A stretch of 64,000 nt of DNA from Candidatus Woesearchaeota archaeon. GTDB lineage: Archaea > Nanobdellota > Nanobdellia > Woesearchaeales > GW2011-AR4. Shown one piece after another: positions 20,105 through 30,196 of the stretch (position 1 is its first letter; the number at the start of each line of letters is the position of its first letter). Where the stretch lies: positions 11,619 to 75,618 of the forward strand of contig JACOZN010000002.1 of NCBI GenBank assembly GCA_016181305.1, given 5' to 3'. Made by a program: the position numbers and the translations under genes. The notes beneath the pieces were generated by a model. The model was not told the DNA's origin, made no database searches, and was given only the letters and a program-made list of their open reading frames with translations.

Positions 20105-20546
20105 GGCGCAGTCATCCTTAGAGTACCTCCTAATAGTAGCCCTGACTTTTGCCATAATCGTGCCTACGACTTACCTGTTTTACAATTACTCCAGGGAGTC
20201 AAGCCAGGAGATAACTGATGCGCAGATAACAAAGCTTGGCAGGAGCATAGTGGACTCCGCGGAGTCTATTTTTTACTCGGGGCAGGGCTCAAAAATCGTG
20301 CTGGAATTGAATATTCCCGACAGTGTGTACAGTGCATTGATAATAGACGGAAGGGAGCTTGTATTCAATGTAACGACAACTTTCGGCGTTTCTGAAATCG
20401 TTTTTTTCTCCTCTGTCAACATAACAACACCAAGCCAGAACTGCAATGCAAACGTTTGCAGGATTCCGGAGCTTGGAAACTCAGGGCTTAAGAAGGTAAG
20501 GATAGAGGCTGCAGCCAAGGACAATGTAAGGATCGAAGTAATATAG
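20082..20546 (+). CDS. Archaeal type IV pilin (class III signal peptide)
   Basis: KAQSSLEYLLIV. Confidence 0.8.
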   Translation: MEESHQVKAQSSLEYLLIVALTFAIIVPTTYLFYNYSRESSQEITDAQITKLGRSIVDSAESIFYSGQGSKIVLELNIPDSVYSALIIDGRELVFNVTTTFGVSEIVFFSSVNITTPSQNCNANVCRIPELGNSGLKKVRIEAAAKDNVRIEVI

Positions 20547-20552
20547 CCCAGA

Positions 20553-20966
20553 ATGCGGCAGTTTAGGCATGAAAAAATGCATACAAAATCCCAGTCAGCC
20601 ATGGAATTCATAATGCTTGCGTCATTCATGCTTCTCGTCGTGCTCGGCTTTTTTGCAGTAACCAGCTCAAAGCTGCTCGAGGCAAGGGAGGAAGGCAACA
20701 GGAAAATTGCAGAGGACATTGCAGAGCTTGCATATAGCGAGATAGATACTGCGCAGTACGTCAATGACGGCTACTCCAGAATTTTTGCGATGCCGCAGAC
20801 TGTCAATGGAGTTGACTACAGCATAAAAATAATTGACAGCAGGGAGCTTGTGGTAGGTTATCTTGACAAGGAGCATATAAAGTTCCTTCCTTCCAATGTA
20901 ACAGGGAGCATTGCAAAAGGAAACAACAAAATATCCAGAAACAATGGCATCGTGTCTATAAACTGA
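20553..20966 (+). CDS. Archaeal type IV pilin (likely start 20577)
   Basis: KSQSAMEFIML. Confidence 0.8.
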   Translation: MRQFRHEKMHTKSQSAMEFIMLASFMLLVVLGFFAVTSSKLLEAREEGNRKIAEDIAELAYSEIDTAQYVNDGYSRIFAMPQTVNGVDYSIKIIDSRELVVGYLDKEHIKFLPSNVTGSIAKGNNKISRNNGIVSIN

Positions 20967-20968
20967 AA

Positions 20969-22873
20969 TCATACATATGGTATATTTTCATGGAACTTGA
21001 TTCCATACACATAAACATAATTCCACAGCATGCCCCTTTTTCTGGTCACAAAGACTGAAAAGCCTGCGTCCCTGAACATTTTTTCTATGACCTTGTCGTT
21101 GGACAGCCATGCAACATTCGGTATAACTTTGAAGAAATCAGCATAATCGACAAATACAATCTTTCCGCCGTAAGGCAGCAAGTCCCTCATCTCCCTCAGC
21201 ACCTTTTTCACGTCCTGAAGATAGCCCATCATTCCTATGCTCACTATGGCATCAACATGCGGTATGGAAGGGTGCACCCTGTTCACCTGGTGCTCGTCAT
21301 GGATTATAATTACATGATTATGCCCCTTTTTAATCAGCCTTTTTTTGGTGATTAGCAGGTCCCTCCTCGACAGGTCAGTCGCATAAACCCTTCCATTTGG
21401 GTTGACAGCCTCTGCAAGATGCAATGTCAAGGTTCCAACAGAGCAGCCGAATTCCAGCACCTTTTTTCCCCTTACATCACCAAGCAGCGCAAGTATCTCT
21501 TTCCTTATGCTTTTCGGCAGTATAATCTTTTCAGTCAGCAGTGTGGCGTATGCAAGGGAGTCATTTATGGCTATGATTGCATCGGGATTGTAATAAATCT
21601 CGAGAAGAAAATAAATCGGAATTCCGACAAAAATAAGCGACAAGCCAAGTTTTAGTATGCCAATCGCATTTGCCTCGTTCAAAAGCCACAGGGACATAAC
21701 GCCTAAAATTAAGGCTATTATAATGGCGGAGCCGGCTCCTGCAAACGGCGCTTTAAAGCCTCTTTGCACAGAGGGCTCCTTAATCCTGAGCACAGGAACT
21801 GACAAAACCACAAAAATATAGAGCAGCAGGCCCAGAGGCAGCAGCAGGCTCAGCAAAGCCTTGTACCTCCCAAACACCATCCCAAAGACTGCGAGTGCAA
21901 CTATCGTCTGGAATATAATGGCTTTGTACGGGGTTTTAAAGTCAGGATGTATTTCGCTGAACTGGGATATAAACAGCTTGTCCCTCGCCAATGCAAGTAT
22001 AAGCCTTGGAAGGGTTATTATTTCGCCTGCAGCAGAGCCAATCAAGGCTATGAAAATGCCGATGTTTACCGCGAGCATGCCAAAATTCCCAAAGGCTTTT
22101 TCCGACACAAGCGACAAAGGGGCAGAGCTTGAAACAAGAATCTTCCACGGGATTACCCCCAATGAGACAACAGCAACAAGTATCCCCATTGCCCCCACTA
22201 CCACCGTCCCCCACACAATAGCCTTGGGTATTGTCTTTTCAGGCTCTTCTGTTTCCTCGGCAAGATAAGTTGCGGACTCCCACCCAAAAAAGCTCTCAGC
22301 TATGTAAAAAATGCTGATGAAAATAGAGGCTGCGCCCATTGTGAAAAAAGGAAAATAATTTGAAAAGTCTATGTGGAAAGCCCCGGGAACCACTACAGAG
22401 GCTACAACCCCGATTGACAATGCAGCTATCATGACGACAACAATCCCGCTTGTCTCGATGCCTACGTATGCAATAATATTCAGAAGAATTATGAAAGAAA
22501 CGCTTACGGCTATTTTCAGCCAGAAAGCTGACGAAGGCATGAGGTAGTCAATTGCTGCCGCCACCACCAGTGCTGTTGTCAGGTTGCCCACAATCCATGC
22601 AAGCCACCCTATCATGAATGAGAAAAACCTGCTGTATGCGTGCTTGCTGAACTCATAGATGCCGCCTGCCTTTGGGTATGCTGAAGAAAGCTCTGCAAAA
22701 AACGTGCTTATGTAAACTGCAATAAGCGTAAGCGCAATCCATGCAATTATTGAGGCATTCCCAGAATAGTTGGCTGCTATTGAAACCCCGAAGAACAAGC
22801 CAGTGCCCATTATCGATGCTATTGCTAATGACAGGATTGTCCAGAACCCGAGAACCCTCTTTAGCTCAGCCAT
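20969..22873 (-). CDS. APC-family amino acid permease fused to a class I SAM-dependent methyltransferase
   Basis: LKRVLG...GTGLF, FAELSSAYPKAGGIY, GWESATYLAEE..P.KTIPKA, then VLEFGCSVG SAM-binding motif in the C-terminal ~190 aa. Confidence 0.85.
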   Translation of the reverse strand: MAELKRVLGFWTILSLAIASIMGTGLFFGVSIAANYSGNASIIAWIALTLIAVYISTFFAELSSAYPKAGGIYEFSKHAYSRFFSFMIGWLAWIVGNLTTALVVAAAIDYLMPSSAFWLKIAVSVSFIILLNIIAYVGIETSGIVVVMIAALSIGVVASVVVPGAFHIDFSNYFPFFTMGAASIFISIFYIAESFFGWESATYLAEETEEPEKTIPKAIVWGTVVVGAMGILVAVVSLGVIPWKILVSSSAPLSLVSEKAFGNFGMLAVNIGIFIALIGSAAGEIITLPRLILALARDKLFISQFSEIHPDFKTPYKAIIFQTIVALAVFGMVFGRYKALLSLLLPLGLLLYIFVVLSVPVLRIKEPSVQRGFKAPFAGAGSAIIIALILGVMSLWLLNEANAIGILKLGLSLIFVGIPIYFLLEIYYNPDAIIAINDSLAYATLLTEKIILPKSIRKEILALLGDVRGKKVLEFGCSVGTLTLHLAEAVNPNGRVYATDLSRRDLLITKKRLIKKGHNHVIIIHDEHQVNRVHPSIPHVDAIVSIGMMGYLQDVKKVLREMRDLLPYGGKIVFVDYADFFKVIPNVAWLSNDKVIEKMFRDAGFSVFVTRKRGMLWNYVYVYGIKFHENIPYV

Positions 22874-22904
22874 TGCCTTAACTTTGGGCTTTATGTGTCA
22901 AAAA

Positions 22905-22925
22905 CCACCAGTCATAGACTGGTGG
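22905..22925. repeat. Perfect 9-bp hairpin upstream of the permease
   Basis: ccaccagtc-ata-gactggtgg. Confidence 0.85.
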
Positions 22926-22967
22926 CATGATTACATTACGATAAACATAGCGTGGTTTTGGACATCA

Positions 22968-23119
22968 CAAAATTCCACTTATTGATGGGCAGTTTTTGAG
23001 CATCGGAAAAATGCAAAGCATTTTTAAGATCCCAAAAGTCTTTGACTTTTGCGATATCCAAATTCCGCACAATGTACCTGTTACACATAAACCACTTATG
23101 AAACATAAGTGGAATTTTG
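22968..23119. repeat. 152-bp element bounded by 15-bp inverted repeats, with internal hairpins (MITE-like)
   Basis: caaaattccacttat (22968) / ataagtggaattttg (23105); internal aaaaatgc-aaa-gcattttt, caaaagtc-ttt-gacttttg, ccacttatg-aaa-cataagtgg. Confidence 0.7.
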
Positions 23120-23221
23120 ATATTTAAAAACAATTGTTTATACTTCAATGTGGTGAAAAAATTGGAATAAAAAACTGCCCATATCGAAACAAATAAATAA
23201 CCTAATCAAAATAACAGGAGT

Positions 23222-24244
23222 ATGAAGAATCTGGCCGTTCTCTGCCTTTTTCTTGCATTGATTCCGATAGCCAGCGCTGTCTGCTTTGTGCCTGGCGAAA
23301 ATGCAGAAATAAGGGAAACTGCTGTTTTTTGCCCTGGAATTTACAATATTGAAAATGGAATAAAAATCGTCAATGACGGTGTTATTGTTGACTGCAACAA
23401 CTCTGTCTTGAATGGAAACGGAATAGGTTATGGTATTTTGGTTAAGGAAAGGCAAAATGTCATTGTAAAAAACTGCAATGTATCAAACTACGAAATCGGC
23501 ATTTACCTTGACAGCACAAACAAAAGCATTTTGGCTGGGAATCATCTTTCAAAAAACAAATACGGGATTGCACTGTTCAATGCATTTGGCAATGATGCTG
23601 GCGGCAATATTCTGGCAGGCAACGCAGACGACAAAATAGCCTTCCTGCCTGCCCAAGCCGGAGACGGGAAGGGGCAGGCTGAAATGCAAAAAGAGGGGGC
23701 TAGCTCCCCGCACCAGGTCATGGAGGAAGTAATAAGGATCAAAAAGCCGTTTTTGAAGGAAAACGAGGTTTTGGACGAGGTAAATTACATTTTCAGCAAA
23801 TACTTCGATTTAGCCCAGGAAAATCTCGAGATAAAGAGGGACGTTTTTTACAATGAAAGCGACAAGAGCACAAGAATAATACTTCATTTAATGCCCAGAA
23901 AGGCGCTGCTTAATGTAAGCGTTTACGAGAAAATACCAAAGTGTGTCAGCGCTTACGTGAATGAAATACTGATTGAGACATCAGGATACGAGGTTGTCAG
24001 AAACGACCCGCTCATAATGTGGACATTCCCCAGGCTTGAGGGCAATAGCGAAATATCATACAAAGTCTTCAGAAAAATTGACGGTGAATGCAAGAATCTC
24101 CTGCTGGCGTTTGGAATAGCCGCAGGGCTTGAAGGATTTGCAGAGGAAAAAAGCCAAAGCATAAATTATATGCTGGTTATCTCATTCGCCATGGCCGCTG
24201 CTATTGTTTTGTATTACATCAACCGAAATTCAGGGCGAGCCTGA
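23222..24244 (+). CDS. Surface protein with NosD-like right-handed beta-helix and C-terminal TM anchor
   Basis: Signal peptide; NGIKIVNDGVIVDCN, NCNVSNYEIGIYL, N.LSKNKYGI repeats. Confidence 0.7.
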   Translation: MKNLAVLCLFLALIPIASAVCFVPGENAEIRETAVFCPGIYNIENGIKIVNDGVIVDCNNSVLNGNGIGYGILVKERQNVIVKNCNVSNYEIGIYLDSTNKSILAGNHLSKNKYGIALFNAFGNDAGGNILAGNADDKIAFLPAQAGDGKGQAEMQKEGASSPHQVMEEVIRIKKPFLKENEVLDEVNYIFSKYFDLAQENLEIKRDVFYNESDKSTRIILHLMPRKALLNVSVYEKIPKCVSAYVNEILIETSGYEVVRNDPLIMWTFPRLEGNSEISYKVFRKIDGECKNLLLAFGIAAGLEGFAEEKSQSINYMLVISFAMAAAIVLYYINRNSGRA

Positions 24245-24953
24245 AGGCATAGGGCTTGCCCAATATCAATGACTTCTGATCCCTTATGTCATAGACCATG
24301 GAATCCTTGTATGGGAAGACAGTTACATTGACGTCATAAACGCCCAGGTCCGTCCTGTCAACGCTTGCCGGCATTTTGGCATTTAAATCCGCAATTTTGG
24401 CAGCCAAATCGTGTATGTATTTCAGCCTGACGTTCAATAGCGACGAGAATTTCTCGAAATTAAGCTGGCTGCCCCGGCTGGCTACTTTGAGCGGCAGTTC
24501 CACTTCAAACAGGACATCATTCTGGTTTATCTGCACTCTTGAGCTTGCACTGCCTTTTTCAACATCCCACCCCTGGCTCTTGAAGTCCTCAAAGTCCCTG
24601 AGGCAGGCATTAATGTTGAGGCTCATGTAACCTGAAAGCTGGTCTTGCAATTTCTCGATTGGCGGAACTCTGCTTCGGCTGCCGTGAATGTAATATTCAA
24701 CCCCCGAATTCGGGGCCTGCAGGTAGCTGTCAAGCACTATTATTCCCTGCCTGCCGAGCAGCCTCAGGCTGTCTTCCGCTGTTTTCTTAATGCAGCCGCT
24801 TATGTAATTATCAATGCTGGTTTTCTCAAATACCAGCGGCTCGGCTGAATTTTTGTTCCTGAAGTGGTTTGCCGCGTAAATCGCCAATCCCGCGACTATT
24901 GCAATAAAAACCGCGGCAATAATTATGAATGCAATCTGGGCTTTTTTATCCAT
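24219..24953 (-). CDS. Prepilin-like protein (class III signal peptide)
   Basis: KKAQIAFIIIAAV. Confidence 0.65.
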   Translation of the reverse strand: MDKKAQIAFIIIAAVFIAIVAGLAIYAANHFRNKNSAEPLVFEKTSIDNYISGCIKKTAEDSLRLLGRQGIIVLDSYLQAPNSGVEYYIHGSRSRVPPIEKLQDQLSGYMSLNINACLRDFEDFKSQGWDVEKGSASSRVQINQNDVLFEVELPLKVASRGSQLNFEKFSSLLNVRLKYIHDLAAKIADLNAKMPASVDRTDLGVYDVNVTVFPYKDSMVYDIRDQKSLILGKPYAFRLALNFG

Positions 24954-26463
24954 CTTTCCACATACCGCTTATTTTTTCATGCTCCGGCGGCAGTATTGTC
25001 AGCCTGTTCTTGCCGTTGTCCTGCACGAGCACATTGCCTTTTATGGCTGCTGTCGGCTCAAAGTAGCCTGTCCCGTAGTTGTAGTTTATGTTCTGCTCCA
25101 AATCCCCTTTTTTGAGGTTCACTTTCAGCTGGATTACGCTGTGGATTTCATTTCCAATCTCCATTTCTTTTATACTGTAGTAATTGCTCGGGTAGGCTAT
25201 TGACAAGTTGCCGTTTATATTTTTCTTATTCGTGAGAAAAATGCTGTCGAGGAAAACCATGTTATTGTCGTAGGATAATAGCGCGTTTATATCCCTCAGT
25301 CCCCTGTATACAAAACTGCTCAGCAAAGATGCAGTCTGGTTGTTTTTCAGAGGGTATCTTAAATAATTCACTATCCCGTTTAGTTCAATATTTTTTTCGA
25401 CAAAATCCACTAAGCCGTTGTAGTCTTTGAACAGCTGCGCCTTGCTTTTCCTCAGGCACAGCCTGTAAACACCTGATTCTTTTGGGATGTTGACGGCAAA
25501 GTCCTTTCTCAAGTCCCTGTCGCTGTAGAAATAGCTTCCGGCAGGGGTGATTGTGAGGCATTGGAATCCGAAAACTTTATCAGTCTCTATGGCAACGGAA
25601 TTATCTGACTCAACGCTTTCGTTGTAGCCGTCTTCTGCTTTTATAAATGTTCCATTTTCCATAACATATTGGGGATTGCCGCTGCTTTTGTCGACAGTTA
25701 TTTTTCCCTTGCCGGAAAATTGGTACTCATTAAACGTGCAGTCGGTGATTTTCAGGTTGACATTCGATTTTGTAGTAATCTCGACTTGACTGCTTACCCT
25801 GAATTCGCTGTCTTTTATGTTGTCAACCCTTATGCAGTCGCTTAGGAAAGAGTCTGCTTTTTCTACTGAGAAAACATCTTCATAACCGTAAAAATTGTCT
25901 ATGTTTGTTGAGGCGCTTTCATTCGTCAATATAGAATCAGCGTGCTGGAATTTTAATTTTATTCCGTCATAAGAACACTTAATGCAGTTGTTTATTGACG
26001 TCTTGTCAATTTTCCAGAATTGTATAGTGTCAAACTCAACACCATTGCCGACAACTTTACCATTAGTTATTCCCCCTGTAACAATGGATTTTTTTGTTAT
26101 TTCGCTTAAAGTTCCATCTTTTGCATTTTTGTCAAGCTTGTTCCAGTCTTTTACTTTGTTGATGTTCGGAGTGCCAGCGGGGTCTTTGAAAGATAGCTGT
26201 TCTTTTGTGAGCTGTTTTAATCCATTTTCAGACAATTTATCTATATTAGGGCTAATTTGTTCTGGTGTGAGCTCGCTGATTTTACCTGTTTTTTCTATAC
26301 TCTTTAAATTATGCTCAACTTCACTTTGGGAAAAAGATTGGATTTCCTGAGATGACATTCCTTGAATAGCCTCTGGATTGAATACATGTTCGGCAAATGC
26401 AACGGTTATGCAAAATAAAAAAATTAGAAAGTAGGAACTTAAATGCTTGATATTAGGGGTCAT
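24946..26463 (-). CDS. Secreted hypothetical protein
   Basis: 505-aa ORF with N-terminal signal peptide. Confidence 0.6.
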   Translation of the reverse strand: MTPNIKHLSSYFLIFLFCITVAFAEHVFNPEAIQGMSSQEIQSFSQSEVEHNLKSIEKTGKISELTPEQISPNIDKLSENGLKQLTKEQLSFKDPAGTPNINKVKDWNKLDKNAKDGTLSEITKKSIVTGGITNGKVVGNGVEFDTIQFWKIDKTSINNCIKCSYDGIKLKFQHADSILTNESASTNIDNFYGYEDVFSVEKADSFLSDCIRVDNIKDSEFRVSSQVEITTKSNVNLKITDCTFNEYQFSGKGKITVDKSSGNPQYVMENGTFIKAEDGYNESVESDNSVAIETDKVFGFQCLTITPAGSYFYSDRDLRKDFAVNIPKESGVYRLCLRKSKAQLFKDYNGLVDFVEKNIELNGIVNYLRYPLKNNQTASLLSSFVYRGLRDINALLSYDNNMVFLDSIFLTNKKNINGNLSIAYPSNYYSIKEMEIGNEIHSVIQLKVNLKKGDLEQNINYNYGTGYFEPTAAIKGNVLVQDNGKNRLTILPPEHEKISGMWKDG

Positions 26464-26500
26464 GACAATTATCTACATTCTTTGGAATATAAATAATTTC

Positions 26501-27088
26501 CTAAATCTTCCCCGTCTTTATGCGATTCAGATAAACTCGTGCTGGAGTACTGGAAGGATTGATGTTTTTCAGTATATAAATAAGGTGTTCCTCGGCAATT
26601 TTTTTATATTGAGGTTCACTAAACTGGGTTAAGTAAAGATATGCAAGATTAAATCTTTGAGCTTCTTCATTTGGATTAAATTGTATGGCTTTAATTAGCG
26701 CGGATTCAGCCTTTTTTGGTTCTCTGGCGAGGCTATAAGCAACTCCCAAATTGTTGAAAAAAAGGTCGCTTTGATTTTTTGGATCCTCCTCATAAGGCTG
26801 CAGTATATCCAAAACATCTTTGTAGCTATCTGGCTTCAGTATTCTACCGGCTTTTCTTGCTATTTCATTATAATCCATTTGTGCTTTTTTGTCAATTCCA
26901 TCACTCTGCCCGTAAGCTACTCCTCCCAATAATTTTTCAAGTTCGTTTCCGCTAGAATTCTGCACAACTCTTTCTATGCCTTTAGAACTGCCTCTAAAAT
27001 AATTAAAAGCGTCTTTTGCGGCATCAATTGATGGTGCTGTGCCCAAACCAAGAAAAGCTGCCAAAGGCAAAGCGTATTTGTGTTTCAT
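26501..27088 (-). CDS. TPR-containing secreted/anchored protein
   Basis: FNNLGVAY...AESALIKAIQFNPNEEAQRFNLAYLY. Confidence 0.7.
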   Translation of the reverse strand: MKHKYALPLAAFLGLGTAPSIDAAKDAFNYFRGSSKGIERVVQNSSGNELEKLLGGVAYGQSDGIDKKAQMDYNEIARKAGRILKPDSYKDVLDILQPYEEDPKNQSDLFFNNLGVAYSLAREPKKAESALIKAIQFNPNEEAQRFNLAYLYLTQFSEPQYKKIAEEHLIYILKNINPSSTPARVYLNRIKTGKI

Positions 27089-27243
27089 GCCCTTTCCATT
27101 CTTTTCTCTCTTTATAAACTTTTCGTTTTTTTCACTCTATTAAAGTAGTGAAATATATATGATTTATATAGCTTATTTTCTATATAGAAAATAAATAACA
27201 CTTATACAAAACTTTAATATATTAATCAGCTAAACCTTTGTTT

Positions 27244-27936
27244 ATGAAAATAATGATGGTTGAATCAAGGTACAAGGGCAAAATCAATCTGTCAAATTTA
27301 GATGCATCCATTCTGCCAAAGAATATTGGGTTAGCCACAACAGTCCAGTTCCTTAACTATGCTGATGAGATAAGGCAGTTTCTTGAAAGCAATGGAAAAA
27401 ATGTTTTTGCGGACAAAATAAGGCAGAAGTACGAAGGGCAGCTGCTCGGCTGCGACACAGGCGCCGCAGAAAAGGTAAAAGATAATGTTGACGCGTTTCT
27501 TTACATTGGAACAGGCATCTTTCATCCATTGGGAATTGCATTAAGCATTGAAAAGGATGTTTTCTGCTACGACCCCATAAATGCAGTAATGTCAAAAATC
27601 GACAGGAGCGAAGTTGAAAAGTACAACAAAAAAAGGAAGGCAGCCTACATGAAATTCCTTGAATCAACGGAAATCGGCATTTTGGTTTCATTGAAGCCCG
27701 GGCAGAATAATTTCAGGAAAGCTGTTGAGCTGAAAAGGCAGCTGAAGGGCAAGAACTGCTGCATTTTTGCATTCGACACACTTGATTTCAGCCAGGTTGA
27801 GAACTTCCCGTTCATCCAGTGCTGGGTTAACACTGCATGCAACCGCATACTTGATGACCATTCTAAATTCCCGAAGCCATTGGTTGACTTGGGAGACATA
27901 GAAAAGATGGAATTGCTGGCAATATCAGCCAAATAA
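27244..27936 (+). CDS. dph2: Diphthamide biosynthesis protein Dph2
   Basis: LATTVQF, GQLLGCD, GTGIFHPLG, GILVSLKPGQ, WVNTACNRI. Confidence 0.85.
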   Translation: MKIMMVESRYKGKINLSNLDASILPKNIGLATTVQFLNYADEIRQFLESNGKNVFADKIRQKYEGQLLGCDTGAAEKVKDNVDAFLYIGTGIFHPLGIALSIEKDVFCYDPINAVMSKIDRSEVEKYNKKRKAAYMKFLESTEIGILVSLKPGQNNFRKAVELKRQLKGKNCCIFAFDTLDFSQVENFPFIQCWVNTACNRILDDHSKFPKPLVDLGDIEKMELLAISAK

Positions 27937-28200
27937 TTACTTTTTTCTGCCTTTGGAAAGCAGTTCAATAAGAGTTCTTATCTCTTTTAATTCTCTCTTT
28001 GAAACATCAACCATCAGGCTTAGCAGAATAAACATGACCAGAAGGGTGAGCCAGCTGAAAATCGCGATTATCATAAGCCAGCTTAACTGCCCGCTTTCTG
28101 CCCTGTAAGCCTGGTTTATGAGCTGGAAGCCAAGCACAGCAGACGCTACTCCGACAACCAAAAGAACAACCTCAAAAGCACTCATCCTGTCAGGCATCAA
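27937..28200 (-). CDS. Small two-TM membrane protein
   Basis: Two hydrophobic helices and a charged tail. Confidence 0.55.
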   Translation of the reverse strand: MMPDRMSAFEVVLLVVGVASAVLGFQLINQAYRAESGQLSWLMIIAIFSWLTLLVMFILLSLMVDVSKRELKEIRTLIELLSKGRKK

Positions 28201-28264
28201 ACAACCTCTTTTGCCAGAGACTTAAACAAACTATTATTTAAATTTTGTTATTAGTATATGGGAA

Positions 28265-28465
28265 TCAGAATTTCAGCCTCTTAATCCATTTCTTGCTCTT
28301 GTCTGCCCATTCCTTGATGGTTTCCCTTTTTACGCCCAAGATCAGCAGCCCGGCAACTATGAACAGCCATCCCTGGATTATTGGAATAAATCCCGATATA
28401 ACGCCGATTATTATTAATATTATTCCAATTATTTTTCTTAGCAAGTCTAGTATATGTTTATACAT
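28265..28465 (-). CDS. Small membrane protein (PGPGW-like)
   Basis: GIILIIIGVISGFIPIIQGWLFIVAGL. Confidence 0.55.
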   Translation of the reverse strand: MYKHILDLLRKIIGIILIIIGVISGFIPIIQGWLFIVAGLLILGVKRETIKEWADKSKKWIKRLKF

Positions 28466-28469
28466 GAAT

Positions 28470-29393
28470 TTAAGCAGTTATTCCGATGCTTGATGCAGCT
28501 TTCCTGTCAAACAAAGAGCTTCCGATGCCTTTCCCGACAAAAAATGACTGCCTGCCCATTACATCGCTCAGCACGTCAAGCAGCGTCTTTTCCTTCTTGT
28601 ACTCAACTATCTCAGCTTTTATGCCCTCTCTTTTCTCTATGTACCTTACAGCCTCGTCTTTTCCCCCCAGCTCGTCCACCAGTCCGAGCTCTTTGGCTTC
28701 TGCGCCCAGGTAAAACAAGCCATTCGCGACCTTGTCCATATCTTTTTTGTTCAAATTCCTGTTTTTTGCAACCTCGCCTGCAAAATAGTCCCTTATGCCG
28801 TCCAGTGCTCTCTGGAAGATTTCCCTTTCCTCCTGAGTCATTTCCCTGTACGGGCTTCCCAAGTCCTTGTATTTGCCGGAAACCAGCCTTTGGTATGTCA
28901 CATTATACCTCTCCAGCAGTCCGGGAAACTCAAGGTATGACCCAATAACCCCTATAGAGCCTGTAACCGAAACCCTGTTGGCTACAACATAGTCTGCAGA
29001 AGAGGCAACCCAGTAAGCTCCTGATGTCCCTATCTCCCTCACCCATGCAACGGTTGTCTTGTTTGTTTTCCTGACCGCGTTTGCTATCTCTTCAGATGCA
29101 ACAGCAGAGCCGCCCGGGCTGTTTATCTCGAGTATTATGGCTTTTATGCCGGGATTTTTGTCCGCCTTCTCTATCAATTCAACCGTGTCAAGCGAGTTTG
29201 TCATAGTCTCAAAAAACCCGGAATCATCTGTGCCTGATATAATGCCTTCTATCGGTACCAGCGCAACATTTCCTCCCAATGACTCGACATCAACCCCCAC
29301 AAACAGCGAGAGTATTCCGACTGCTATGAACCCGAGCACCGCCAGCATCAGCAAAACAAACAATGCATAGCCCCATCTGAAATTTGGTTTCAT
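28470..29393 (-). CDS. sppA: Signal peptide peptidase SppA (S49)
   Basis: INSPGGSAVASEEI, GTSGAYWVAS, TGSIGV, SGKYKD. Confidence 0.93.
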   Translation of the reverse strand: MKPNFRWGYALFVLLMLAVLGFIAVGILSLFVGVDVESLGGNVALVPIEGIISGTDDSGFFETMTNSLDTVELIEKADKNPGIKAIILEINSPGGSAVASEEIANAVRKTNKTTVAWVREIGTSGAYWVASSADYVVANRVSVTGSIGVIGSYLEFPGLLERYNVTYQRLVSGKYKDLGSPYREMTQEEREIFQRALDGIRDYFAGEVAKNRNLNKKDMDKVANGLFYLGAEAKELGLVDELGGKDEAVRYIEKREGIKAEIVEYKKEKTLLDVLSDVMGRQSFFVGKGIGSSLFDRKAASSIGITA

Positions 29394-29394
29394 T

Positions 29395-29589
29395 TTACTG
29401 CTCGCCCTCTTTCTTGAAAGCCTGGAATATGTCCTTTCTTCCCTGCTTCACGTTGTCAAGGATCTGGTCTTTTGCCATTTCAAGAAAGCCTATCGCTTCC
29501 TGCGGCGTCACATTCTGCGTTTTCATTGATGTCTGTATGTTGTCGGGCATTACATCTACCCTCAACAGGAATATTTTTTGCTCTGCCAT
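29395..29589 (-). CDS. Small hypothetical protein
   Basis: Operonic ORF; TPQEAIGFLEMAKDQIL. Confidence 0.55.
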   Translation of the reverse strand: MAEQKIFLLRVDVMPDNIQTSMKTQNVTPQEAIGFLEMAKDQILDNVKQGRKDIFQAFKKEGEQ

Positions 29590-29603
29590 TAAAGCCTCCG
29601 CAC

Positions 29604-30182
29604 TTATTGCAAAGTGTATATTTCAACAACCCTTGTCTTGCCCAGTATCTCTGTAAGCCTTTGGTTCGTCTTTGTAAAAAACATGAACAGCGGGTCAACA
29701 GCCCACAGCAGCACAAAGGGGAACACGGGCAGGAACACAAGGTTTCTTGCCAAAAGCTGCCATGCCTTTGCCTCATTATTATCGCTTACGACATGGATTT
29801 TCATCAGCATTTTTCCTATGGTTTGCGACATTTTCCTCTCCATCAGGTAAAAATACAGGATTATCAGAATAGACATTACAAGCGAAATTGAGCTTATATA
29901 GCCTGTGAAATTTGCGCTGCTGCCCAAAAGCCTGTACGCTTCTGAAAAGGAATAGTCTTTTGGGATGGTATTCCGGAACAATGCCCTGAACGGAAACAAT
30001 ACAACAAGGTTGACTATAATCATGTCAATAAAAAAAGCCGCAATCCTTTTCCATATCAATGCGGGCCCTGTGAATGTCTTTTCCTTGGGAAGGTTTAAGC
30101 GTGGCATTGTTTTTGAGAACTTATTGCTATTTATAAAATTTGGGATTTGGAGTTTCCATAGAAAACTATATAAACCTGCCAA
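29604..30182 (-). CDS. RDD family protein
   Basis: WKRIAAFFID, QTIGKMLMKIHVV, QRLTEILGKTRVV. Confidence 0.85.
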   Translation of the reverse strand: MAGLYSFLWKLQIPNFINSNKFSKTMPRLNLPKEKTFTGPALIWKRIAAFFIDMIIVNLVVLFPFRALFRNTIPKDYSFSEAYRLLGSSANFTGYISSISLVMSILIILYFYLMERKMSQTIGKMLMKIHVVSDNNEAKAWQLLARNLVFLPVFPFVLLWAVDPLFMFFTKTNQRLTEILGKTRVVEIYTLQ

Positions 30183-30196
30183 AATTCAGTTTTGCA

